Under the pieces are notes generated by a model. It was not told the origin of the DNA, searched no databases, and saw only the letters and a program-made list of their open reading frames with translations. From Macrostomum lignano (Eukaryota): a stretch of DNA of 43,790 nt. Shown here in pieces: positions 28,646 through 42,284 of the stretch. Within the stretch, counting starts at the first letter, position 1. Each line of letters starts with the position of its first letter. The stretch lies in assembly GCA_002269645.1 (NCBI GenBank), contig NIVC01003463.1:1-43790 (forward strand), written 5' to 3'. Position numbers and translations under genes: made by a program.

Positions 28646-28827
28646 CAGTGGTGCAACCAGGGGGCTCCTTAGGCCACCCTTAGGGAGAGACAGAGACAGA
28701 AAAAATAAAACGAGGGACCAGGTAATTTTCGCCAAGGTACAGAGCTGCAACCCCTCCACCCCCTCATTGGGTCCTTACCCTCCAGTATCCGCCCTCCCCC
28801 CTCAACAAATTTCTGGTTGCGCTACTG
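28646..28827. mobile_element. hAT-type MITE (182 bp)
   Basis: TIRs CAGTGGTGCAACCAG / CTGGTTGCGCTACTG (13/15 inverted match), flanked by a near-perfect 8-bp TSD GAAGCAAT / GAAGCAAG. GC-rich island in AT-rich DNA. Confidence 0.8.
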
Positions 28828-28930
28828 GAAGCAAGCAATGTTTTCCAAAAATTTTCTATGCATTTATTCTTTCAAAATCTAGCTAGAGATGAAGTATAAA
28901 AATTTCCTGAACCAATTTCAGCGTGTCAAA

Positions 28931-30224
28931 ATGAGTCCATTACTGCAGGCTGCTATCACATGCTTCATATTGTCCTCAGTCCTAAGCCCATGCTTAGCCA
29001 TCAAGTGCTACCTGTGCAACTCCACAATCCAGTCTGACTGTCTTGAAGAGTTCAACTACAACAGCAGATCAATTGTACCCATGGATTGTGATGTTGCAGA
29101 TGGCAAGTTCTGCATAAAGACAACAGGAGTTTGGGGTGGTAAGCGTTTCAGTGCAGTTGAACTTTGATTGTTTGCGCTACTGTTAGTAGGTAGTGTGGTG
29201 TGGTGGCTACTGTTAGTAGCTAGTGTGGTGTCTATTGTTAGTATCTAGTGTGGTGGCTATTGTTAGTAGCTAATGTGGTGTGGTGGCTACTGTTAGTAGC
29301 TAGTGTGGTGGCTACTGTTAGTAGGTAGTGTGGTGTCTACTGTTAGTATCTAGTGTGGTGGCTACTGTTAGTAGCTAATGTGGTGTGGTGGCTACTGTTA
29401 GTAGCTAATGTGGTGTGGTGGGTGGCTACTGTTAGTAGCTAGTGTGGTGGCTACTGTTAGTAGCTAGTGTGGTGGCTACTGTTAGTAGCTAGTGTGGTGG
29501 CTACTGTTAGTAGCTAGTGTGGTGGCTACTGTTAGTAGCTAGTGTGGTGTCTACTGTTAGTAGGTAGTGTGGTGGCTACTGTTAGTAGCTAGTGTGGTGG
29601 TTACACTAGCTGGTGGTTACTGTTAGTAGCTAGTGTGGTGGCTACTGTTAGTAGCTAGTGTGGTGGCTACTGTTAGTAGCTAGTGTGGTGGCTACTGTTA
29701 GTAGCTAGTGTGGTGGCTACTGTTAGTAGCTAGTGTGGTGGCTACTGTTAGTAGCTAGTGTGGTGGCTACTGTTAGTAGCTAGTGTGGTGGTTACACTAG
29801 CTGGTGGTTACTGTTAGTAGCTAGTGTGGTGGCTACTGTTAGTAGCTAGTGTGGTGGCTACTGTTAGTAGCTAGTGTGGTGGCTACTGTTAGTAGCTAGT
29901 GTGGTGGCTACTGTTAGTAGCTAGTGTGGTGGTTACTGTTAGTAGCTAGTGTGGATCGAGAAGAATAGCATGGATATTTTGGGTCTCATTCCAGCCGTGG
30001 TGGGGACCACCAGATTCTGCTCCAGCATGGACATGGGCAACCAATGCCAGTACCTGCCGTTCCCCGACCACGACCGCATCTACCGGGCCTGCGTGTACAC
30101 CTGCAGCTCCGACGCCTGCAATGCCGGGTCTCCGTCTGGTGGCGGCGGTGGCTTCACGACGCTGCAGCTGCTGACGTCCTTGACGCTGTGGCTGCTCGCT
30201 GGCAGCCGCCTGCGACTTCTCTGA
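28931..30224 (+). CDS. bou: Boudin-like Ly6/uPAR three-finger GPI-anchored protein, copy 2. Exons 28931-29138 and 29995-30224; 145 aa.
   Basis: Mature protein identical to copy 1; same phase-1 intron containing the same 25-bp minisatellite. Confidence 0.82.
29170..29950. repeat. 25-bp intronic minisatellite, Ly6 copy 2 (~30 copies)
   Basis: Same unit as 21735-21990, about three times longer. Confidence 0.95.
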
Positions 30225-30869
30225 CTGCACCCAGTGTCTTTAATACGAATAATTGTGCTATAGAGTGCGAGATTGTTTTATCGCACATTTCTCCCGTACT
30301 TTTGTTTTCTTTACGTCCAACATTCCTGTGCCACCGCATCTGCAGTAAATTTTGTACATTTCATAAACTACTCGTATAGTGGCCAATTGCAATCCTGATA
30401 AACTTTTTTGTTTTAATTGTGTCAATCACTTTTAATATGACATACCTGTGTTTTGATTTAGTATTGGAATATATTAATGTTATTGTATCAACTAATTCGG
30501 CGTCAATAGTGAATGTTTTTTAATCAGACATTTTTCGCATTCAGTGTGCTTTTATTTATAAAGCTTTATAGTTTGAAGCATGATAGAAGAGTAAGTGAAA
30601 CTGGACTCATAGCATAAAATAACGCCAATACTATGAAAATGTCATTAATTTTCAATTATCCTCCCTCAGGATATGAGGAATCGAAGGTAACAATAGCGAA
30701 GGTCTGGATGTTTTTAAAAAGAAAAACGAATAGCGGGCAGAGCTACTCAGCCGCGGTAGACGTGTCTGTCTGACTCTCGCGCCCTGACCCGCGGTTGGAT
30801 TCTGTGCGTCGCAATAATTTTTGCAGGAAAATTGGCCGGAGGTTTGTTGTGCAATTCACGCATATAAGG

Positions 30870-31050
30870 GCCAAACCCCTGAGAGCCAACACTTCAGGCC
30901 AACCTCTGAGGGCCAAACACCTGAGGGCCAACCCCTGAGAGCCAACACTTCAGGCCAACATCTGAGGGCCAAACACCTGAGGGCCAATCCCTGAGAGCCA
31001 ACACCTGAGGGCCAACCCCTGAGGGCCAACCCCTGAGGGCCAACCCCTGA
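30870..31050. repeat. ~14-bp repeat
   Basis: GAGGGCCAACCCCT / GAGAGCCAACAC units. Confidence 0.85.
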
Positions 31051-31321
31051 GAGCATTGCAGTTTCAAACAACTCAGTGCATATGCTACGAGCCTCGTATA
31101 GCCAGGTGTCACATTACGAGCTCGTACGTCAAATTCTAATAATCATAGTCTATCAAAATTAATTGGTGTACTAAAATAAAAGAACGATTGCCCAGCCGGA
31201 GTGCCGTTCTGGTGCAATTTAGTCTAATTGCGGAGTCGCGCATTATTGGCAGTGTCACTCTTTCATTAGAGGAAGCTTTTTCTCATCAGTTTCCCTCTCC
31301 ATTTCATTGTTTCCTCTGCAG

Positions 31322-32372
31322 AAACGACTCACTGTGACAGCGGTTGCAGCTTTCACGAGAAAGTTGGCCCGCTAAATTTGCCTAAAACTAATGTGGCGAC
31401 TTTTATCAGGTGTCTGTTTGCCCAGTTTGCACTATAAGCGATCTGCTGCTGCTAGGATCCGCTAATCACCTGTTGCTGTGGAACCGTTAAAAGTAGGATA
31501 ATTGGATGCTTTGTTTAGTAAAGAAAATTAAATACTTATTTTAGATACATTAGTGAGGTAGAGAAAATTCCTTCTGTAACGAAAATCACGTGACTGCATT
31601 TCTTCCTCACACAGATATTGCCTGCTGTACTTGGTGCTTTGGTGCATATGTAATTTCCGTCTGTTTTCTCTCTTCTTTTTTGTATTTACGACATTTACGA
31701 CATAGGATTCGAGTGCTAGTTTGGAAATCGGAAAATAATTGTAAACATGTACTTTAAGTAAGCTAGTTCCTGGGTCAAAGACATGCAAAGAATAGAAAAA
31801 AGCATTATGCATACAAATATTCATATTGCTTTGTTCAGTCTAGCAGATTAATATTAAATCAAACACTGTAAGAAGAATATAACATGATTAAAGAATTTAT
31901 AGTCGGAAAAAGAAATGTTGCGATATATTTTACACCTCAACTTCAACAGTGCAGAAATTCTCAGGGTGTTGGAATTGAGCAGAGAATGTCTATGGTCAAG
32001 TCTGTTTTCGATTCGCTGATGAGTAGAGAGTTGAGTCATAGACTGGATTTCACAACAAGAAGGTGAGAGAGTAATAAATGTTTACTTTAATCTGGGGAGG
32101 GACAATACAGAGTTTCTGATCTGCCCACTACGTCTTGAGAATGTTTAGCTTAAGTGACATTCAACAGAAGAGCTGCAGGAGTGGCTTACTTCAACATCAA
32201 TGTTTGTTTACAAAAATACCTGTACACTGGGCAAACGGTTAATTGGTATTCGGGCACGCATTTAGTCCAACTTGCACTTTTACTTCCGCTGTCGCCTCCT
32301 CGGCCACTCTGCGTGTCACCAGAATTCGCCATGCAGAGCCTTCTCAATCTCCATAACAGGCAATATGAGTAA
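31322..32372 (+). CDS. Possible small spliced gene or relic (candidate exons 31322-31409, 31955-32062, ~32169-32372); weak resemblance to transposon-associated DUF4806-type proteins
   Basis: Strong acceptor at 31321 and a phase-2/phase-2 108-nt exon ending AAG|GTGAG; joined frame FIRNSQGVGIEQRMSMVKSVFDSLMSRELSHRLDFTTRR. No start codon located; family resemblance is from memory and weak. Confidence 0.25.
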
Positions 32373-32519
32373 TGAATATGGGCACTCTTAATTGAATTTT
32401 GCTGATATATTCGAAAGAAGCAGAAAAAAATGGTGGATAGAAATATAGCATGGGGTCCATTGAAACTTTCCGCAGAGATTTGTCTGCATGGGTATTTGCT
32501 AGCAATGCTTGTAATAGAA

Positions 32520-32834
32520 TAATAACAATATTAACAATAATTTACACCTGCCCCAATTGGGACGGATGTGCAACCGACAGCTCAGCCGCAGCTATTTGCG
32601 CAGCGCATCTGAAGGCTGCGTACGGCTGTTCAGTCCAAGGACTGGGGGGTCGCCACACACAGCCTCAATTACCCCAGCTAATGCTGGCACCCATTTTACA
32701 GCTGGGTGAACTGAAGCAATGCAGAGTTAAGTGTGTTGTTGCTCAAGGACACAAATTGTTCCAGTGGGATCGGGAATCGAAACCCTGACCTTCAAGTTGC
32801 GAGTTCGATACTCCAACCACTAGGCTACAACCCC
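32520..32834 (-). mobile_element. tRNA-derived CORE-like SINE, copy 1
   Basis: Minus strand: A box TAGCCTAGTGG, B-box-like GTTTCGATTCC, core GTGTCCTTGAGCAA..CACTTAAC..TTCAGTT..CTGTAAAATGGG (MIR/CORE-like), ATT-rich tail. Second copy at 36400-36690. Confidence 0.8.
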
Positions 32835-33075
32835 TCATATATAATACGAGCTACAATCTTATAAGAATCTTAATGAGTTAACTGACCCTAACTGACCCTG
32901 AGGGAAGTAAAACTTGCCATGCATTTGCTAACCAACGGATCGTTACAAATAGGGAAGTCAATTCATTAAGATTTTCTAGCATTGTGTGAAAATTCCCTGA
33001 GCGCAAATCTCGGCGAATACTCGAGGTCTGTAAATTTGCACAATGTCAGCAGGGAGGCGCAGTTCCGTTCAGATG

Positions 33076-36000
33076 CTACTTGCTGTCTAAAGCCTCTTCT
33101 GCATCAAACAGGCAGAGCAGGTCGGTCACGAATCCCGGACTGCGGTGCTTCTCCACCAGCCAGGCCGCGTCCGTTGGACCAACGCCTGTCAGGCTGACCC
33201 GCCTGGCCTCCGGATAGGAACAGTTGCCATGCGGAACCTGCATTGGAATTCGGACAGAGAATTACGATGTTAACACTGCTGCACACACCCTGTGCGAGCG
33301 GTCAGCGAATGGACTGTGAACACGCGCGAAAAAGTTAGCTAGAAAAGTTAGAATCGAGATAAGAAAACCAAGGACCACAAAAATGAGCAGCAAAAGTACT
33401 CTGTACGATTGCAAATAGTGCGCGGAAAAAATGATGCAAAATCGAGCCCTAAATTGGTCCTTAATTTCGCGGTTGATGCATTTATTAATCACAAATTTTC
33501 TCGCGGCAAAGTTGCAGCTAAATCTCAGGTGTTTTCCCGTCTCGTTTTAATGCAGTTTTAGTAAAACGGAATTTTCTAGAAGAGAGTTTCTCTTAACCGA
33601 ATTTGTGTCGATGATGAAGCCCTATTTATTGTCGTACAAAAAACTACATGTAGAATCTTTGCTATCAGAAAACAAAAAACAAGCTTTGCGTGTTAAAGGA
33701 TCTTTAAAAACTGATTTTCAAACTTTATTTAGATATGAACTTGGGATGAATGTCCTTGAAATTGGAACGGTAGCACTTAAACTTGGATTTTTTGCGTCAT
33801 TAAAAATGAACGTACTGCCGTGATAAGCTTATCAAAAAGTGCGCTTGATACGAGGGTGTTGGTTAGGAAGTTCGTGAAGTTAAACTAAAAATATAGTTCC
33901 GAATAAAACTGGAAAAAGCAGAGTCACCGTTACGTAGAGAGTTGTAAATAGTTTTCTTGTACCTAAAAGAAGAATTGGCTCATTCACGCAACTGTACTTT
34001 TCCGGCTTCTATAACTCGTGAATATTGGACAAAGTCACGAGTTTTTCCTTATTTTGCTTCAATCCCTCAAAAACTTCTTTTGAGGTCATTTAGAGCGCTG
34101 TTTACATTTCTATCATGTGGGGCCAACCATATTTGAGTGCCATATTGCTACACTGCTTAATCTTCATCTTTTTGTATCGTCGGTTTCGCTGTTCCTGTAC
34201 TGTGGTGTCATCTTCATGTCATTTCGTATAGGTCATGCATAGGTATGACCTCTCAGTGTCATTCCTGTCATTTGGTTGTTATGGTTGTAGTGTCATTCCT
34301 GTCATTTGGTTGCTATGGTTGTAGTGTCATTCCCGTCATTTGGTTGTTATGGTTGTAGTGTCATTCCCGTCATTTGGTTGTTATGGTTGTAGTGTCATTC
34401 CCGTCATTTGGTTGTTATGGTTGTAGTGTCATTCCTGTCATTTGGTTGTTATGGTTGTAGTGTCATTCCCGTCATTTGGTTGTTATGGTTGTAGTGTCAT
34501 TCCCGTCATTTGGTTGTTATGGTTGTAGTGTCATTCCCGTCATTTGGTTGTTATGGTTGTAGTGTCATTCCCGTCATTTGGTTGTTATGGTTGTAGTGTC
34601 ATTCCCGTCATTTGGTTGTTATGGTTGTAGTGTCATTCCCATCATTTGGTTGTTATGGTTGTAGTGTCATTCCTGTCATTTGGTTGTTATGGTTGTAGTG
34701 TCATTCCCGTCATTTGGTTGTTATGGTTGTAGTGTCATTCCCGTCATTTGGTTGCTATGGTTGTAGTGTCATTCCCGTCATTTGGTTGTTATGGTTGTAG
34801 TGTCATTCCCGTCATTTGGTTGTTATGGTTGTAGTGTCATTCCCGTCATTTGGTTGTTATGGTTGTAGTGTCATTCCCGTCATTTGGTTGTTATGGTTGT
34901 AGTGTCATTCCTGTCATTTGGTTGTTATGGTTGTAGTGTCATTCCCGTCATTTGGTTGTTATGGTTGTAGTGTCATTCCCGTCATTTGGTTGTTATGGTT
35001 GTAGTGTCATTCCTGTCATTTGGTTGCTATGGTTGTAGTGTCATTCCCGTCATTTGGTTGTTATGGTTGTAGTGTCATTCCCGTCATTTGGTTGTTATGG
35101 TTGTAGTGTCATTCCCATCATTTGGTTGTCATGGTTGTAGTGTCATTCCTGTCATTTGGTTGTCATGTTGTGTCACAATCTGAGTAATCCCCAGCAGTGT
35201 GCACAGTCTGAGTAATCCCCAGCAGTGTGCACAGTCTGAGTAATCCCCAGCAGTGTGCACAGTCTGAGTAATCCCCAGCAGTGTGCACAGTCTGAGTAAT
35301 CCCCAGCAGTGTGCACAGTCTGACCTTGACCGCGTGGGCGAACTGAAACCTCCGCCACTGGTGCCGCCTCTTCGATCGCTGCTGGCCCCCGGCGGCCGAG
35401 GCCCGAAGCAGCCGCCGGATCATGAAACCGCATAGCAACGGCAGGTTGGACTTCCGGTCGGCCAGCTGACCGCAATACTCGGGCCCGGCGTACCGGCTCG
35501 GCAGGCCCAGGTGAGAGCTCATCGCCTGCTCGTTTAGCGCTCCAGGCGTGGACTCGTAGAACGGCAGGCGATGCTGGCCCACTCTACCGGGGCGGGGGTC
35601 AGCGTGATGCCGTTTCCATGGAGACTGGTTTCGGTTTGACCAGTTAATAGTACATGCCGGTATTTCTCTAGTGGCAGGCCTTATGCTTTCTGATGTTCCC
35701 GACTCATGCGTTTATGGCTGGAGACTCTTATCCTCTACTTCTCCTGACTCCCTGACTCTCTGACTCTCCCCCTGATTCCCTGACTCTCCCCCTGACTCCT
35801 TGACTCCCTGACTCTCCCTGACTACCTGACTCCCTGACTCCCCTGACTCCCTGACTCTCTCACTGACTCCCTGACTCCCTGACTCCCTGACTCTTCGCTG
35901 ACTCCCTGACTCCCTTGACTCCCTGACTCTCCCCTGACTCCCTGACTCCCCTGACTCCTTGACTCTCCCACTGACTCCCTGACTCTCCGCTGACTCCCTG

Positions 36001-37034
36001 AATCTCCCCTGACTCCCTGACTCTCCCACTGACTCCCTGACTCACCGCTGACTCCCTGAATCTCCCCTGACTCCATGACTCCCTGACTCTTTGACTCTCT
36101 GACTGTTACTCTGATTCTGACTCTCTCCAGATCCCTGACTTTTCTGATGCTAGCTACATGTGAATGAGTCTCAGGCCTCGGTTTCAAGCCAGATTTGGCA
36201 ATAATCAGTCACTCACCGGATGTTGTTGCATCTCCAGGTGGGCTGGGCGAAGAACTCGCTGCGATCTGCCGGACTCATCTCGTCGCACAGTACCGTCATG
36301 TTGAGCACGCGAACTGACTGGGGAAAGCTGGCCGCTTCATGAAGTGTGAGACAGTGGCCAGTTGGAGGCGTCAGGCATGAATCAGTTTACTTATGAAACA
36401 ATAATAATACTCGTAATTGGGCAGATGTGCAACCGACAGCTCAGCCGCAGCTATTGCGGGGCGCATCTGAAAGCTGCGCACGGCTGTTCAGTCCAAGGAC
36501 TGGGGGGTCGCGCACCCTCAGTTTATACCCCAGCTAATGCTGGCACCCATTTTACAGCTGGGTGAACTGAAGCAATGCAGAGTTAAGTGTCTTGCTCAAG
36601 GACACAAATTGTTCCGAGTGGGATCGGGAATCGAACCCCTGACCTTCAAGTTGCGAGTCCGACGCTCTAACCACGAGGCTTCAAAACCCCTTATTCGAAC
36701 ACTATTCGAACTTGATACCATTTTGAATTACCTGCACCCTATGAACAACTGATGCCTGTAGACTGAGCGTCTGCTGAACATCCAGTGCAGTATAGAACTC
36801 GTAACTTTGCATATATGTCTACTCAAGAAGCTTACGCTATCAGAATCAAATAAAAAAAGCAACAAACTCACGTTGGTACCGAACGGATTCGGCCGCAGCC
36901 ACCTGTCCAAGCGGCCGTGGCGGGCTCAGCAGGGAGTCCAGGCCGGTGCGAACGAGCTTGCGCTCACCTGAGGCGCCAGAGGCCAAGCAGCAGATGATGC
37001 AAACATTCAGGCTCAGCAGTGCTGTCTGTTGCAT
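33076..37034 (-). CDS. Orphan secreted precursor-like protein. Exons 37034-36968, 36313-36217, 35583-35325, 33237-33076; about 194 aa.
   Basis: Four GC-rich exons with GT-AG junctions, phases 1/2/0, giving one open frame. Signal peptide MQQTALLSLNVCIICCLASGAS, 6 mature-region Cys, basic site RSKRR. Confidence 0.65.
34253..35165. repeat. 34-bp minisatellite, ~27 copies
   Basis: GTGTCATTCCCGTCATTTGGTTGTTATGGTTGTA. Confidence 0.96.
35177..35320. repeat. 28-bp repeat x5 abutting a splice donor
   Basis: TGAGTAATCCCCAGCAGTGTGCACAGTC. Confidence 0.95.
35735..36150. repeat. Degenerate CTGACTCC(C) repeat
   Basis: Direct. Confidence 0.9.
36400..36690 (-). mobile_element. tRNA-derived CORE-like SINE, copy 2 (in intron 1 of the orphan gene)
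   Basis: Highly similar to 32520-32834; B box GGTTCGATTCC; TAT-repeat tail. Confidence 0.8.
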
Positions 37035-39719
37035 AGTTGCAATTATTTCGGGATGGCTCCTCTTCCTATCTGCTTTTCTCTCCTTTTATTTGCTTCAACC
37101 AGCCTAAAAGATGAGAAATTCCAGCTGCTGCAGTTCTGCGTTGAGTTGAGGAGGAAGCAGCCTTGAGGATTTACCCTGAATGGGTGCTCAACTTTGTTTT
37201 TCGTTTCCTCCGTCAACTTTTCAACTTCTCCAACAGTGTTCCTGTCCCCTCCGATCTCTAAAAGGGGGGTTAGTAAGACGGAGCGCTGTCAATGGAACGA
37301 CTTTTAGAGCCGTTTTCGGAGACGCTTGGGCGCTCTTCTTGCCCGGTAAATAATGAATGAGTATTTGTGAAGGAGCGGCAGAGCTTAGTCTGGGAGAGTT
37401 TCCAGGTATGCGTCATGTGTGTATACCGTATTATCCCACAGGTGCGCGCACTAGCCATGCTCGTTTTTCTTCATCAAATCGGCTTGCCAAGCCACATAAG
37501 ACAGTCAGGTGCGCTCTCTTGCTATTGGCCAGGGCACCGCGGGTGAGAACCTGTGAGCAGTCCAGAGGCTGGAATCGGATGCCATCTCCGGAGGCATCCG
37601 GCCACTCGCGACAATGACACTGCTAGCTATAGCTAGTTTTTTGCGAGCCCCCACTGCAGAATTGATTTAGTTCACCTTTCTCGGGCTGGCAAGCTTCTCG
37701 GGTGGCTTTGCGATCGAATTGCCGGTCTCGACAGCTGCAAGCACCTCTTCTCCATCTCCTCTTCGACCCCCAGACAGCTTTCCCACCTGTTGTCAAAAAG
37801 CTGGCAAACATGGAGTCCTTACCCAAGCTAGAATCTATATTTGGCTTAAACAATAGGGCTGGCACGTGCCACCCGCGTGTCTTCACTGCATGCGCATTGA
37901 GGAAAAAGTTTTTCTGTCACAAAAAACTGTCTGAAGTGTCTCAGTGGCAGTGGCTGGGAAATCCTGCAATGTGCAGTATGCTTGGAATTCTTTTCTAATG
38001 CAATGTCGAAAAGGGAAAAGCGAGGTTGGCGGGTGCGATTAAGAAATTCAAGCTTACTAACAATTTTTTTGGCTGAGCCCTTTATCTTAACGCTCGACTG
38101 CATGGCTAGCTACATGTATGTTAAGCTAGCATACAAATCGCATTCTTACTGGTAGATAGACTACTTCAAAGAGTTGGTTACAAGTTTTCCATGCATAAAG
38201 TGAATACACAACATGTACTAGTATGCCTTTTGATGTCAGCATGTATGCACATCTACATGCACATAATCTTGCCTTATATTGTCAACTTCTGATCAGTGTT
38301 GATTCAGCCTACAACAAGTGCTAGAGAATTTATACGTGTACATATATGTCGTTAACGTTTATTCATTCTTACAGTATGTAAATAAAATGGTACTGTACTG
38401 ATACCCTTAGTACATGTATATTAAGCTCACTCTCCCTGTAAACGGTACCAACTATAAACATCCTAATAGGCCGGTTTTCGCTGCAAAATAATGCTCATTG
38501 GTGAGAGATCAGGGGCGCACTCTCGACTCCTTTTGGGTCTCCACCCCTTCAACGATTTTATGGTTGCGCCACCGGGCAAGATACATATGCACACAACAGC
38601 TCACTGCAGTGCGCAGCAGCTCCCTCAGATGCTTACAGTGCGCAGGTATGTAGAGTTTTCCGGCTTTAGGAAAAATCACAATATCGATCACTTCCTGGAC
38701 TTCAAATTTCAAAATATTTAGCAAGTACATGTATGCGTTCCATCCAAAGGGCACTCGCTTACAAGTTTTCGAGGAAAATTGGAAAAAATGAAATTGCAGA
38801 GCAGCAGCGCATGAAACACGTATTTTCTGAATGAATTTTGCAAAGTTAGCATGCAATTATCTACTGCATATAGAGCCGTATGGGGTTTTGGGTTTTGACA
38901 TACACCGTTCGAGGCTAGAACGGTACACCCCGAAAATATTATAGAAACAACTGAAATTCCACCAGAAAATTTTTTTTGCTTTCTGGTATGCAGTAGTAGC
39001 ATTTCAGAGAAAAAATACATAGCTTGATAAACTAGAGTGCAGCACCTAGCTCAGATGACATACTTTGCTTCATCTGTCATTCCTATTAGCCAAGTGATAT
39101 ATAACTTTGAGCGAGTAATATATTAGGTATAATATATTAGGTATAATATTAGGTATATTATTTATCGGTATTAGGTTTTCCCTTCAAAAAAAAATTTAAA
39201 TCACAAATCTTAATCACTCTTTGAGCAGCTTACGAATTTGCCTTTCAAAGCCTAGGACACAAATAGTTTTATTTAATAATATAAAATGGTCGTTAGATCT
39301 GTTTTAAGAAATATGTTTAGAGTAATTATGTAGAGTCAAACATCTTTGTTATTGCGTTGTAAGTGCGAAACCAAATGGCTTAAATCCTTCAAAAATATGC
39401 TTTCCTACGAAACTACGTTGACCAAGTGCTGATCGATGAATGAATATCCAATTATGTTTTTTAAATCAATACTTTCTAAAATTAGAAACTTATGAATGTG
39501 GTGAATTTCTTTAATTGATTTTAGAGGCCTGAGCGCGATACTCTTCGCTTACTGTTTATTGTCCGCTGTCAATATGCAATTGTAATCCTAATATTATAAT
39601 ATTAATACTTCGGTCTAGGCCTATTTATTATTTTTTAATACTTTAAAGAGTAAAAATCTATCTGCCTTTTCTGGTGAATACTATAGCTTTAGATCTAGCA
39701 TACTCGCATTAAGAGAGAA

Positions 39720-41759
<2,040 letters not shown>

Positions 41760-42284
41760 ATAATATCTGACCTAAGGGTTGGGAACAATGCCGCTTGTCC
41801 AATGAATGACCCTGAGGATTAGTAGATTAAGTTGGATTATTAGTGTTGCGTTAACATTAGAAATTTTGAACACTGCTGACTGTGGAGCATTCCACTGCAC
41901 ACCTGAATAAGTTTCCAGTTGCAATATAAGTGCAGAGGTTTGTCAATGGGGATTTTTTCGCTAATCTAATCAGTTATACACAGCTCAGTGCTCTGTGTGA
42001 ATTTATCAGGCAAAATGAATTGAAGCCATTTACGTATTGCTGCAGCCTGTTAGACTTCAGTTTGTGCTTTGGACTTTGAACTGTCATGGTCATTGGTATT
42101 CCAACTGCCAAATTGTCGGAGAGCGAAGCTATTTACTGCAGTTCTGTTATTACAGTAAGAACATATATATATGTATATATATATATATATATATATACAA
42201 ATTTCACAAACTACAAATTTCCATATACTAAAAATGAAAATCTTGTATGTTTGTACGAAATCGATTTTCTCCTGAATGGCTTGA

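Noticed and set aside
32760-32834. tRNA gene
   Set aside because: No complete acceptor stem; it continues into a SINE body present twice.
35400-35500. Insulin-like peptide call for the orphan secreted protein
   Set aside because: CG-x12-CG spacing is off and there is no A-chain CC-x3-C-x8-C motif.
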